Below are positions 1-9,197 of a DNA stretch of 35,797 nucleotides, piece after piece. This DNA comes from a virus. Its lineage: Duplodnaviria > Heunggongvirae > Uroviricota > Caudoviricetes. Each line of letters opens with the position of its first letter. Position 1 is the first letter of the stretch. The notes below the pieces were generated by a model. The model was not told the origin of the DNA. It did not search any database and saw only the letters and a program-made list of their open reading frames with translations. The position numbers and the translations under genes are program-made. The stretch lies in IMG/VR virus record IMGVR_UViG_2563366950_000001. One strand, 5' to 3'.

Positions 1-1032
1 TCAAAAAATTCCTATTGATGTTGGTAGTGTTGCCAGCGGATTAAACCGTAATGCAGTTTCCAGGTGATCCGGTGCCAGATGTGCGTAACGCATAGTCATT
101 TTTATGTCGTGATGTCCGAGGATTTTTTGCAAAGCAAGGATATTTCCACCCGACATCATGAAATGCGCTGCAAACGTATGGCGCAGAACGTGTGTCAGTT
201 GACCGCGAGGGAGCACGATAGACGTTTTTTCCATCACGGATAAAAATTGAAAATAGCAGTCTGTAAAGAAATTGAACCCATCAAGCGCCATGATCTCTTC
301 GTAAAGCTCTTTACTGATAGGGATGCTTCTGTTTTTCTTCCCCTTCGTTCTTACAAAGGTAATTCGGTATTTGGTCACTTGCGAGCGGGTAAGATTTATT
401 GCTTCTCGCCAGCGTGCGCCTGTGCTTAGGCATATCTTGACTACCAGTGCCAGAATTGGGTCCTGACGTTTGCAATCAGCCAGCAGTTCAACAATCTGCT
501 CATGGGTAAGCCATGCCATCTCTTTTTCTGCGATGGTGAATTTTCGCATGTTCTCCAGTGGGTTCGGATACGACCATTCGCCCAGGCGGGATAGTTCGCT
601 AAAAACACTACTTAGATAGCTTTGCTCCAGGTTAATGGTGACCGGGCTTGCTCCTTTCTTCCATTTCTCGCTGAAGTAGATCTCACCTGTCAGGCGTTTA
701 TCTCGATAGTGGGCAAACATTTTAGAGGTTAGATCAGTTGCAAGGGGATTGCCCAGAGCGTCAACCATCAGCAGCAATTTGTCATAGACATGCTGCCCAG
801 CAGTCAGTGATTTACCATGTAGTTTGAACCATAGCTCAACCACGTCTTTCAGTGTTCGACGATCCACTGATTCACCCAGCCAGGGCTTTGCTTCGGTTTC
901 TTCCATCGTGTGACGCTCAAAAGCCAGTGCTTCGCCTTTGGTGGCGAATTGTTTACGCACACGACGCCCACTACGTCCGGCGGGGTAACATTCGCAAAGC
1001 CATTTTCCTGTGGTGAGTTTTCGTACAGCCAT
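1..1032 (-). CDS. int: P2/186-family tyrosine integrase (site-specific recombinase)
   Basis: 343-aa ORF ending exactly at window start. The C-terminal region carries the tyrosine-recombinase signature (HVLRHTFA...HHDIKMTMRYAHL). It sits at the prophage end next to the repressor, as in P2/186. Confidence 0.93.
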   Translation of the reverse strand: MAVRKLTTGKWLCECYPAGRSGRRVRKQFATKGEALAFERHTMEETEAKPWLGESVDRRTLKDVVELWFKLHGKSLTAGQHVYDKLLLMVDALGNPLATDLTSKMFAHYRDKRLTGEIYFSEKWKKGASPVTINLEQSYLSSVFSELSRLGEWSYPNPLENMRKFTIAEKEMAWLTHEQIVELLADCKRQDPILALVVKICLSTGARWREAINLTRSQVTKYRITFVRTKGKKNRSIPISKELYEEIMALDGFNFFTDCYFQFLSVMEKTSIVLPRGQLTHVLRHTFAAHFMMSGGNILALQKILGHHDIKMTMRYAHLAPDHLETALRFNPLATLPTSIGIF

Positions 1033-1118
1033 AAAAAATGCCCTCCAATAGAGAGCATTTTTACTGTATGCATAACCAGTGTCAATGTATGTTTATGTAT
1101 TTTACATACATCACTTAT

Positions 1119-2090
1119 TTAATCGGAGGATTTTTCTGAATGAGAAGGTTTGATTTTTTCTTTCGCGGTAGACCATAGCGTTTGGAAACTTGGCGGATAA
1201 TCCATTTGATCAGAAAAAGCAGAATCTCCAGACATGTTCCAGTCCTTAAATACCTGAATAGCATCTTCTTTGGTCGCAGTCGAACCGTAAATTTGTAGGA
1301 AGACTTGACCAAACATTAAGGCATGCCTTCTGTCTTTTCTGCGAATGGACTCATGAGTATACTTTTTGGAGATACTCAGACAGATATAAGAAAGCCATGA
1401 TAAAATGGAAATTCCAATCAGGCCTCTGGTGAATAGATAAAATAGTTCAAATCCTTTAGCATTTATGAAATCAGTAACAAAATATAATGATATGAACGAA
1501 AAAATGACAGCGGAAAGACCGGCTATTGCACCAGCAATAGCCCATGTTTTGGCGAGTGAAATAAAGTGATCATCATCATCACCTAAATCATCTTTTACAC
1601 TATTGACATATTCGGGAATTTTTTGATCAATTCTCTCTTGATGTGCTCGACTGGTTAATTCGTTATTTGAAGCCTCTAACTCTTTTATCCTAGAAAAAGT
1701 TTGCTCAAGTAAAGATTCTTTTTCTATGTTTAAATTTTCTAACTCTTTGTTTTTTAATGATAATGAGGTGTTGCTTTCTTGCAAATCAGATAAGCGAGCT
1801 GTATAAAAACGTAATAAGTTTCTGAATTCATTATTATCTTTTTTTAACACGTTAAGTTGTAATTCAATATCTTCGTCGCTAAAGCCGACTCTATCTAAGT
1901 TTTGGAGATGGCGTCTATATTGATCCTTGAATTCTTCAATTTCACCATTTTTCAACAAGTTCTTTAGATATGTGCGTTCATGTTCAGGAAGTGGAATAGA
2001 ATCATCATGTATAAAATCAACGTATTTTTTAAACTCTGATTTGGTGATGCTGTTTTGTATTGTTTCTTTTTTGTGTTCTTTAGAGTCCAT
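1119..2090 (-). CDS. hypothetical cargo protein: N-terminal coiled-coil domain, acidic linker, two predicted transmembrane helices, short C-terminal tail
   Basis: 323-aa ORF, visibly AT-rich. Heptad-like, charged N-terminal half (KNKELENLNIEKESLLEQ...), then DDLGDDDDH, then hydrophobic stretches WAIAGAIAGLSAVIFSFISLYFV and LIGISILSWLSYICLSI. Same strand as the repressor, 12 bp downstream of its stop codon. I recognise no family. Confidence 0.7.
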   Translation of the reverse strand: MDSKEHKKETIQNSITKSEFKKYVDFIHDDSIPLPEHERTYLKNLLKNGEIEEFKDQYRRHLQNLDRVGFSDEDIELQLNVLKKDNNEFRNLLRFYTARLSDLQESNTSLSLKNKELENLNIEKESLLEQTFSRIKELEASNNELTSRAHQERIDQKIPEYVNSVKDDLGDDDDHFISLAKTWAIAGAIAGLSAVIFSFISLYFVTDFINAKGFELFYLFTRGLIGISILSWLSYICLSISKKYTHESIRRKDRRHALMFGQVFLQIYGSTATKEDAIQVFKDWNMSGDSAFSDQMDYPPSFQTLWSTAKEKIKPSHSEKSSD

Positions 2091-2102
2091 GATAAGTCCA
2101 AA

Positions 2103-3029
2103 TTAAATGTTTTTAATGAAAGCACAGTGGCATTTTGCTAAAAGTTTTATATTCTCAATGTCACATATGAAATCAGCATGAGTAGATATTACTTTAACTT
2201 TTCCTACGGGTATGCGGACCAATGTTCTAATGTTTATTTTGCCTTCAATTTCTACTAACCATTCACCATCAGATATTTCTTTATATCCATAGTCTACTAC
2301 GAAAACATTTTCGCTATCGATCACAACCTGCGGATTTATAAGGTTGTGTGGTATTAAAGATTTATCAAAGTGGATATAGTCCGCATCTATTAACTTACCA
2401 TTTATTAGCTTATATGCTAATAACTTTGCTACATCAGTATTTACATCGTTCGATTTTGAGCCTTTTCCAGTAACGAGCCAATCTAGTGATATACCAGTTT
2501 CAAGTGCGCATTGGATAATCCAATCGGCTGGAAATGTATCCCTCATATAACGATTAGCTAGTGTGCTTTTTGAAATACCCAAATGATCAGCTAAAGCTTG
2601 TCTTGTCTTAAATCCATAGGCTGCAACGATTCGCTCTATTGCTGCTTTTCCGTTTTGATTTATAGTAACAGTGTTCTCATTTGGGTTTTTAGGTTCTCTG
2701 TTGAGGTGCCGAGATTCACTGTTACAATTGTCGTGACTTTTATCTGCAAAGCTTTCCATTTCGGTATCAGTACCAAATGCTAACCACTCAATCGATACAC
2801 CAGTTTCCATACTACAGATAACAACCCAGTCAGCTGGGAAAGTGTCACGCGCATACCTGTTCGCCATTGTGCTCTGTGATATCCCCAGATGATTGCAGAA
2901 TGCTTGGCGTGAAGAAAAACCATACGCTTCTAATATCCGCTCGATGACTGCTTGCCCTCCGCGATTCTGCATGATTAAGGATTTCTTTTTTTCGTCCACA
3001 TGGCGAAATGTGATTTCGTGTGTTGACAT
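2103..3029 (-). CDS. CI-type immunity repressor with tandemly duplicated N-terminal helix-turn-helix domain plus C-terminal domain
   Basis: 308-aa ORF divergent from the early operon. Two internally repeated ~60-aa segments (RILEAYGFSSRQAFCNHLGISQSTMANRYARDTFPADWVVICSMETGVSIEWL and RIVAAYGFKTRQALADHLGISKSTLANRYMRDTFPADWIIQCALETGISLDWL) resemble the 186 CI N-terminal HTH fold. Its position is that of the lysogeny repressor. Confidence 0.75.
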   Translation of the reverse strand: MSTHEITFRHVDEKKKSLIMQNRGGQAVIERILEAYGFSSRQAFCNHLGISQSTMANRYARDTFPADWVVICSMETGVSIEWLAFGTDTEMESFADKSHDNCNSESRHLNREPKNPNENTVTINQNGKAAIERIVAAYGFKTRQALADHLGISKSTLANRYMRDTFPADWIIQCALETGISLDWLVTGKGSKSNDVNTDVAKLLAYKLINGKLIDADYIHFDKSLIPHNLINPQVVIDSENVFVVDYGYKEISDGEWLVEIEGKINIRTLVRIPVGKVKVISTHADFICDIENIKLLAKCHCAFIKNI

Positions 3030-3117
3030 AACCGAATTGCGATCCTATTCTCCGAAATGTGAAGTTTAAGTCACGATTAAAACTGACTCACCACAAGCCA
3101 ATAGGAGATGTTGCATC
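3030..3117. promoter_or_regulatory. divergent lysis/lysogeny switch region (early lytic promoter and repressor promoter; operators presumed)
   Basis: 88-bp gap between the divergently oriented repressor gene and the Apl/Cox-like gene. Individual -10/-35 boxes and operators were not resolved. Confidence 0.4.
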
Positions 3118-3339
3118 ATGACCCCTAACATTTCAATAACTCTGAATACGCCACATGTCACAATCGAGCGTTATAGCGAACTTACTGGTCTTTCAATCGA
3201 CACAATCAACGATATGCTGGCAGATGGTCGCATCCCTCGGCATCGTCTTCGTAAAGACAAAAAAAGAGAAAAGGTAATGATCAACCTTGCTGCTCTTACC
3301 GTTGATGCACTTACTGATTGCAATGTTGTGTTCAACTAG
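3118..3339 (+). CDS. Apl/Cox-type excisionase / early transcriptional regulator
   Basis: 73-aa first gene of the rightward early operon. Small basic HTH-like protein ([26 protein letters not shown]). GGAG ~10 nt upstream of ATG. Confidence 0.55.
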   Translation: MTPNISITLNTPHVTIERYSELTGLSIDTINDMLADGRIPRHRLRKDKKREKVMINLAALTVDALTDCNVVFN

Positions 3340-3371
3340 TTCCATTTTGGGATACATCAGGGGTGTCGACT

Positions 3372-3881
3372 ATGTTTGATTACCAAGTTTCCAAACATCC
3401 ACATTTTGATGAAGCCTGTCGTGCATTCGCACTGCGCCACAACCTGGTGCAACTGGCAGAACGTGCAGGCATGAATGTGCAGATTCTGCGGAACAAGCTG
3501 AACCCAGCTCAACCTCATTTATTAACCGCACCAGAAATCTGGTTGCTTACCGATCTGACTGAAGATTCAACGCTAGTAGATGGTTTTCTGGCTCAGATTC
3601 ACTGCCTGCCATGCGTACCGATTAATGAGGTGGCAAAAGAGAAACTGCCACATTACGTCATGAGTGCAACCGCAGAGATCGGGCGTGTTGCAGCAGGTGC
3701 GGTATCTGGCGATGTAAAAACCAGTGCAGGTCGTCGTGATGCTATCAGCAGCATTAACTCTGTAACACGACTGATGGCGCTGGCCGCTGTTTCATTGCAG
3801 GCTCGTTTACAGGCTAATCCTGCGATGGCGAGTGCAGTTGATACCGTGACTGGCCTCGGTGCTTCATTCGGTTTGCTGTGA
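3372..3881 (+). CDS. cII: CII-type lysogeny-establishment activator (186 CII-like)
   Basis: From internal ATG at 3372 the product starts [45 protein letters not shown]..., matching my recollection of 186 CII; ~169 aa. Confidence 0.8.
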   Translation: MFDYQVSKHPHFDEACRAFALRHNLVQLAERAGMNVQILRNKLNPAQPHLLTAPEIWLLTDLTEDSTLVDGFLAQIHCLPCVPINEVAKEKLPHYVMSATAEIGRVAAGAVSGDVKTSAGRRDAISSINSVTRLMALAAVSLQARLQANPAMASAVDTVTGLGASFGLL

Positions 3882-3888
3882 GGTGCTT

Positions 3889-4089
3889 ATGCTGACGAAA
3901 GAACCATCATTTGCATCGCTGCTGGTAAAACAAAGTCCGGCAATGCACTACGGTCACGGCTGGATCATGGGTGAGGATGGTAAACGCTGGCATCCGTGCC
4001 GTTCACAAGATGAATTGCTGGCAGAACTATCTACGAAAAAACAGGGGAACAAATGGCTATTGAAGGCGCTGCGGCGACTGTTCCATTAA
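3889..4089 (+). CDS. small early phage protein (in the position of 186 fil)
   Basis: ORF with GAGGTG RBS just upstream of ATG at 3889; 66 aa. Function not recognised. Confidence 0.45.
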   Translation: MLTKEPSFASLLVKQSPAMHYGHGWIMGEDGKRWHPCRSQDELLAELSTKKQGNKWLLKALRRLFH

Positions 4090-4394
4090 GCCCCGGTGAA
4101 CGCCTGAACGGACTTAATCACATTGCGGAATTAAGGGCGAAAGTATTTGGCCTGAATATTGAGTCAGAGCTTGAGCGGTTTATTAAAGATATGCGTGATC
4201 CACGGGATATCAATAATGAACAAAATAAACGGGCACTGGCTGCCATATTCTTTATGGCAAAAATCCCAGCTGAACGTCATAGCATCAGCATTAATGAGCT
4301 GACCACTGACGAAAAGCGGGAGCTGATTAAAGCAATGAATCATTTTCGTGCAGTGGTGAGCTTATTTCCCAGACGGCTAACCATGCCGAATTAA
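4053..4394 (+). CDS. hypothetical early phage protein
   Basis: 113-aa ORF in the early operon, overlapping the previous ORF by 37 bp. Confidence 0.5.
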   Translation: MAIEGAAATVPLSPGERLNGLNHIAELRAKVFGLNIESELERFIKDMRDPRDINNEQNKRALAAIFFMAKIPAERHSISINELTTDEKRELIKAMNHFRAVVSLFPRRLTMPN

Positions 4395-4455
4395 CCAACT
4401 AATGAAATTCATGGCGTAAACCCGCCGGGCATCCCTTTATCTAAATTCAGGAGAA

Positions 4456-4695
4456 TTGATTATGCGTAATATTGAAACCCTCACGACTAAAACCGGACCG
4501 GATGATGCAGGGCTTAATATTTTACTGACAGAGGCTCGTCTGGAAGAACGCCGGGCAAGGGCTGAAGCAATGGCAGCTCGCCTTGATAGCCTGGCGTGTC
4601 ATATCACATCCCGCCAGCTAAACCACGTCGAAGCAGCAGAACTGCTGCGTGTGACTGCTGAAGCAATCCAGAACGAAGCGCAGGAGATCCACTGA
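4456..4695 (+). CDS. hypothetical early phage protein
   Basis: 79-aa ORF with AGGAG upstream; its stop overlaps the start of the next gene. Confidence 0.5.
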   Translation: MIMRNIETLTTKTGPDDAGLNILLTEARLEERRARAEAMAARLDSLACHITSRQLNHVEAAELLRVTAEAIQNEAQEIH

Positions 4696-4922
4696 TGGCT
4701 GATGCAATGGATCTCGTACAGCAGCGCGTTGAAGAAGAACGCCAGCGTCATATCCGTACTGCCCGCGCCAAAACGCCGGGCGTGTCCCGCGTGCTTTGCA
4801 TTGAGTGTGAAGCACCAATTCCGCCAGCACGACGTCGCGCCATTCCGGGTGTGCAGCTTTGCATTACCTGTCAGGAAATCGCAGAGCTGAAAGGCAAACA
4901 TTACAACGGAGGTGCTGTATGA
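4695..4922 (+). CDS. TraR/DksA-family C4 zinc-finger protein
   Basis: 75 aa with CxxC...CxxC (CIECEAP...CITCQE), the typical phage TraR-like zinc finger; translationally coupled to neighbours. Confidence 0.75.
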   Translation: MADAMDLVQQRVEEERQRHIRTARAKTPGVSRVLCIECEAPIPPARRRAIPGVQLCITCQEIAELKGKHYNGGAV

Positions 4923-5776
4923 GCACCATCCTGAAATGGGCGGGTAATAAAACCGCCATTATGCCAGAACTGAAAAAATACCTTCCTGCTGGCCCGCGAC
5001 TGGTTGAACCTTTCGCGGGTTCTTGTGCTGTGATGATAGAGACGGATTACCCCAGCTATCTTGTTGCGGATATCAATCCTGATTTAATCAACCTCTATAA
5101 AAAGGTTGCTGCTGATTGCGAGGCGTTTATATCTCGTGCCAGAGCTTTATTTGAGGAAGCAAACAGGGAGGTGGCTTATTACAACATAAGGCAGGAGTTT
5201 AATTACTCCACTGAAATTACTGATTTCATGAAAGCGGTATATTTCCTGTATCTCAATCGTCATGGTTACCGTGGGTTATGTCGCTATAACAAGAGCGGGC
5301 ATTTCAACATTCCCTATGGGAATTATAAAAATCCGTATTTCCCTGAAAAAGAAATTCGCAAATTTGCAGAAAAAGCCCAGCGAGCAACGTTTATCTGCGC
5401 CAGCTTTGATGAAACGCTGGCGATGTTGAAGGCGGGGGATGTGGTGTATTGCGATCCGCCTTATTACGGTACGTTTTCCGGCTATCACACTGATGGCTTC
5501 ACTGAGGATGACCAGTATCACCTGGCATCCGTTCTTGAACATCGATCATCTGAAGGTCATCCGGTCATTGTTTCTAACAGTGACACATCCCTGATTCGTT
5601 CGCTGTATCGCAATTTCACTCACCACTACATCAAGGCAAAACGCAGCATCGGCGTGTCGGCTGGCGAGAGTAAATCTGCAACAGAAATCATTGCTGTTTC
5701 CGGGGCGCGCTGCTGGGTGGGATTTGATCCTTCGCGTGGCGTAGATAGTTCTGCTGTGTACGAGGTGCGTGTATGA
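4919..5776 (+). CDS. dam: DNA adenine methyltransferase (Dam-like, N6-adenine)
   Basis: Starts [11 protein letters not shown] at the ATG overlapping the upstream stop. Contains the DPPY catalytic motif (CDPPYYGTF) and an N-terminal AdoMet-binding region (EPFAGSCAV). Confidence 0.85.
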   Translation: MSTILKWAGNKTAIMPELKKYLPAGPRLVEPFAGSCAVMIETDYPSYLVADINPDLINLYKKVAADCEAFISRARALFEEANREVAYYNIRQEFNYSTEITDFMKAVYFLYLNRHGYRGLCRYNKSGHFNIPYGNYKNPYFPEKEIRKFAEKAQRATFICASFDETLAMLKAGDVVYCDPPYYGTFSGYHTDGFTEDDQYHLASVLEHRSSEGHPVIVSNSDTSLIRSLYRNFTHHYIKAKRSIGVSAGESKSATEIIAVSGARCWVGFDPSRGVDSSAVYEVRV

Positions 5777-8187
5777 GTCATGACGATATGAGCAACTCTA
5801 GCGGCTTTAACGAGGCCGCCGCATCATTTTCATGGAACGGCCCGAAAAAGGCCATTAACCCTTATCTGGACCCGGCGGAAGTTGCGCCGGAGTCTGCACT
5901 TTCAAACCTGATCACTCTGTATGCTGCCGATAACGAGCAGGAACAACTGCGCCGCGAGGCACTGAGTGAGCAGGTCTGGGAGCGTTATTTCTTTAATGAA
6001 TCCCGTGATCCTGTCCAGCGCGAAATGGAGCAGGATAAGCTCATTAGCCGGGCAAAGCTGGCGCATGAGCAGCAGCGTTTTAATCCAGACATGGTCATTC
6101 TGGCTGACGTCAACGCCCAGCCTTCCCATATCAGCAAGCCGCTGATGCAACGTATTGAATACTTCAGCAGCCTGGGCAGGCCAAAGGCTTATTCCCGCTA
6201 TTTGCGTGAGACGATTAAGCCATGTCTGGAACGGCTGGAGCATATACGCGACAGTCAGCTATCCACTTCTTTTCGCTTTATGGCGAGCCATGAAGGGCTG
6301 GACGGCCTGCTGATCCTGCCTGAAATGAGTCAGGAGCAGGTGAAACGCCTGTCCACCCTGGTAGCTGCGCATATGAGCATGTGCCTTGATGCAGCTTGTG
6401 GCGATTTGTATGCCACCGATGACGTTAAGCCAGAAGAAATCCGCAAGACATGGGAAAGGGTGGCAGCAGAAACCCTGCGACTGGATGTCATCCCACCTGC
6501 GTTTGAGCAACTCCGCCGGAAAAGAAACCGCCGTAAACCCGTGCCCTATGAACTCATTCCGGGTTCGCTGGCGCGTATGTTGTGTGCCGACTGGTGGTAC
6601 CGGAAATTATGGAAGATGCGTTGCGAATGGCGGGAAGAGCAGTTGCGCGCTGTCTGCCTGGTCAGCAAAAAAGCATCTCCCTATGTCAGCTATGAAGCCG
6701 TGATGCATAAACGTGAGCAGCGCCGTAAGTCGCTGGAGTTTTTTCGTTCTCATGAACTGGTGAACGAAGACGGCGACACGCTGGATATGGAAGACGTGGT
6801 AAACGCCAGCAGCAGCAACCCTGCACATCGCCGCAATGAGATGATGGCCTGTGTTAAAGGTCTGGAGCTTATCGCGGAAATGCGCGGTGACTGCGCCGTT
6901 TTCTACACCATCACCTGTCCGTCACGTTTCCATTCCACGCTCAATAACGGCAGACCAAACCCAACCTGGACAAATGCGACGGTAAGACAAAGCAGCGATT
7001 ATCTGGTCGGCATGTTTGCTGCATTTCGTAAGGCGATGCACAAAGCCGGGTTGCGCTGGTATGGCGTGCGGGTGGCTGAGCCGCATCATGACGGTACGGT
7101 TCACTGGCACCTGTTGTGTTTCATGCGCAAAAAAGACCGCCGTGCCATTACTGCATTGTTGTGTAAGTTTGCCATCCGTGAAGACCGCGAGGAACTGGGT
7201 AATAACACTGGTCCACGCTTTAAATCTGAGCTGATAAACCCGCGCAAAGGAACACCGACAAGCTACATCGCGAAATACATTAGTAAGAACATTGACGGGC
7301 GTGGTCTGGCTGGCGAGATCAGCAAGGAAACGGGTAAATCCCTGCGTGATAACGCTGAATACGTTAATGCCTGGGCGTCTCTGCATCGTGTTCAGCAATT
7401 CCGCTTCTTTGGTATTCCGGGGCGTCAGGCTTACCGTGAACTGCGATTGCTGGCTGGTCAGGCGGCAAGGCAACAGGGCGACAAAAAAGCAGGTGCGCCG
7501 GTACTGGATAACCCGCGCCTTGATGCCATCCTGGCTGCTGCTGATGCTGGTTGTTTTGCCACTTACATCATGAAGCAGGGTGGCGTACTGGTTCCCCGCA
7601 AATATCACCTCATCAGAACTGCTTATGAAATTAACGAAGAGCCGACCGCCTATGGCGATCACGGCATTCGTATTTATGGCATCTGGTCACCCATTGCAGA
7701 GGGCAAGATCTGCACTCATGCAGTGAAGTGGAAAATGGTTCGTAAAGCCGTTGACGTTCAGGAGGCGGTAGCCGACCAGGGCGCTTGCGCCCCTTGGACT
7801 CGTGGCAATAACTGTCCCCTTGCTGAAAATTTGAACCAACAAGCGAAAGACAAATCAGCTGATGGGGATACCAGAACGGACATCACCCGCATGGATGACA
7901 AGGAGTTGCACGATTACCTGCACAGCATGAGCAAGAAAGAGCGCCGGGAACTAGCAGCAAGGTTACGCCTGGTGAAACCGAAACGGCGTAAAGACTACAA
8001 ACAGCGAATTACAGACCATCAGCGACAGCAGCTCGTCTATGAACTGAAGTCCAGAGGATTTGATGGCAGCGAGAAAGAGGTCGATTTACTCCTTCGCGGC
8101 GGCAGTATTCCGTCAGGAGCAGGCCTGCGTATCTTCTATCGGAACCAGCGTCTGCAGGAGGATGATAAATGGCGGAACCTGTATTAA
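5773..8187 (+). CDS. A: replication initiation protein gpA (rolling-circle nicking endonuclease)
   Basis: 804-aa ORF. Contains an HxH-type metal motif (TVHWHLLCF) and the tyrosine-containing segment YIAKYISKN, as in P2 A. Confidence 0.9.
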   Translation: MSHDDMSNSSGFNEAAASFSWNGPKKAINPYLDPAEVAPESALSNLITLYAADNEQEQLRREALSEQVWERYFFNESRDPVQREMEQDKLISRAKLAHEQQRFNPDMVILADVNAQPSHISKPLMQRIEYFSSLGRPKAYSRYLRETIKPCLERLEHIRDSQLSTSFRFMASHEGLDGLLILPEMSQEQVKRLSTLVAAHMSMCLDAACGDLYATDDVKPEEIRKTWERVAAETLRLDVIPPAFEQLRRKRNRRKPVPYELIPGSLARMLCADWWYRKLWKMRCEWREEQLRAVCLVSKKASPYVSYEAVMHKREQRRKSLEFFRSHELVNEDGDTLDMEDVVNASSSNPAHRRNEMMACVKGLELIAEMRGDCAVFYTITCPSRFHSTLNNGRPNPTWTNATVRQSSDYLVGMFAAFRKAMHKAGLRWYGVRVAEPHHDGTVHWHLLCFMRKKDRRAITALLCKFAIREDREELGNNTGPRFKSELINPRKGTPTSYIAKYISKNIDGRGLAGEISKETGKSLRDNAEYVNAWASLHRVQQFRFFGIPGRQAYRELRLLAGQAARQQGDKKAGAPVLDNPRLDAILAAADAGCFATYIMKQGGVLVPRKYHLIRTAYEINEEPTAYGDHGIRIYGIWSPIAEGKICTHAVKWKMVRKAVDVQEAVADQGACAPWTRGNNCPLAENLNQQAKDKSADGDTRTDITRMDDKELHDYLHSMSKKERRELAARLRLVKPKRRKDYKQRITDHQRQQLVYELKSRGFDGSEKEVDLLLRGGSIPSGAGLRIFYRNQRLQEDDKWRNLY

Positions 8188-8256
8188 TTACGCGGGTTAA
8201 CAATTCGTGCTCTTAATAATAACTGGCATATCAGGCTGATGAACGTAAAAAAACGT

Positions 8257-8297
8257 TTTACATCAGTAAGATTATTATATACTGTAAATATAAACAG
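8257..8297 (+). promoter_or_regulatory. putative sigma70 promoter (TTTACA ... TATACT) overlapped by a LexA/SOS box (CTGTAAATATAAACAG, 8282-8297)
   Basis: Perfect CTGT-N8-ACAG with an AT-rich spacer, flanked as tACTGT...ACAGtg (consensus TACTGTATATATATACAGTA). Lies in the gap after gene A, upstream of the small ORF and the DinI-like gene. Confidence 0.55.
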
Positions 8298-8340
8298 TGG
8301 TTATAAACACAGTATTCCGAGTGGTGTTATAGGAGGAAAG

Positions 8341-8529
8341 ATGCAGGACTATTTTTTGGAGTCTTTGAAGCTCCAGCGCATTGATTTTTTTCTTAAGCTT
8401 GTAGCGGCTAGTGAGTGTAGTGATGAAGAGAAGGGGCTGGCTTTGCAGTGGGTATCTGAACTGACTGATGAACTCATGGCAAAAATCAGAACCCACGAAT
8501 ACAACCGCTCAATGGATGTCATCAGTTGA
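8341..8529 (+). CDS. small hypothetical protein (first gene of the putative SOS-controlled operon)
   Basis: 62 aa from the ATG at 8341, which is preceded by AGGAGG; the longer ORF-track start at 8239 lacks an RBS and would overlap the LexA box. Confidence 0.4.
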   Translation: MQDYFLESLKLQRIDFFLKLVAASECSDEEKGLALQWVSELTDELMAKIRTHEYNRSMDVIS

Positions 8530-8539
8530 GGTGACTTTT

Positions 8540-8773
8540 ATGCGCATTGAAATAATGATCGATAAAGAGCAGAAGATTAGTCAGTCTACCCTGGACGCCC
8601 TTGAAAACGAGCTTTACCGCAATCTGCGCCCCCTGTATCCCAAAACGGTAATTCGTATCCGCAAAGGTAGCTCTAACGGTGTGGAACTGACCGGGCTGCA
8701 ACTGGACGAAGAAAGAAAACAAGTGATGAAAATTATGCAGAAGGTGTGGGAAGACGACAGCTGGTTACATTAG
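8540..8773 (+). CDS. DinI-family protein (Tum-like antirepressor module candidate)
   Basis: 77 aa from the ATG at 8540, after a GAGGTG RBS. Size and the acidic C-terminus (MKIMQKVWEDDSWLH) are typical of DinI-like proteins. Confidence 0.75.
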   Translation: MRIEIMIDKEQKISQSTLDALENELYRNLRPLYPKTVIRIRKGSSNGVELTGLQLDEERKQVMKIMQKVWEDDSWLH

Positions 8774-8993
8774 GGAACGTTGCGGACGATAAAACTGGTT
8801 TTTACCGTTCGCAAGGTTGAGCAACGAGCCGTGCGAGGCGTTAGTTATGGATAAATTGGTTGCAGGGTGATATGTAAATAGGTTAATACGTAGCACTCTT
8901 CGAATAGTTTCGTATTTTTGTTGTCCTATAATCATAAGATGACAGCCTCCATGCACCACAATCCGTGGCGTTTGAGGCATAAAGGAGGAAAAT

Positions 8994-9194
8994 ATGTCTG
9001 AACTTCTGCGCAAAGTTCTCTCTGCACCAGGTAAGATTATGCAGGATGTCATCCGTCAGGATGTGCAACAGTCTGATAATAGTAAAATTATCACAGATGC
9101 TAATGGTGCGGCGACCTTAAACATGAACAATAAGCAGGTACGTGAATCAATGCGTGCCAGAATGGAAGAATTGGCTGCAAAACGACAAGGATGA
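8994..9194 (+). CDS. small hypothetical protein (66 aa), first gene of a two-gene cargo operon
   Basis: Strong RBS AAGGAGG 6 nt upstream of ATG. Stop at 9192-9194 lies 3 bp before the next start. Confidence 0.55.
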   Translation: MSELLRKVLSAPGKIMQDVIRQDVQQSDNSKIITDANGAATLNMNNKQVRESMRARMEELAAKRQG

Positions 9195-9197
9195 GGA

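Noticed and set aside
247-429. 60-aa plus-strand ORF inside the integrase gene
   Set aside because: Short, antisense to int, no RBS.
6922-7662. 246-aa minus-strand ORF inside replication gene A
   Set aside because: Antisense to a long, well-supported gene with catalytic motifs in the sense frame; no independent support.
8239-8340. Longer 96-aa version of the small ORF starting at 8239
   Set aside because: That start has no RBS and the reading frame would run across the LexA box and promoter; the internal ATG at 8341 with AGGAGG is far more plausible.
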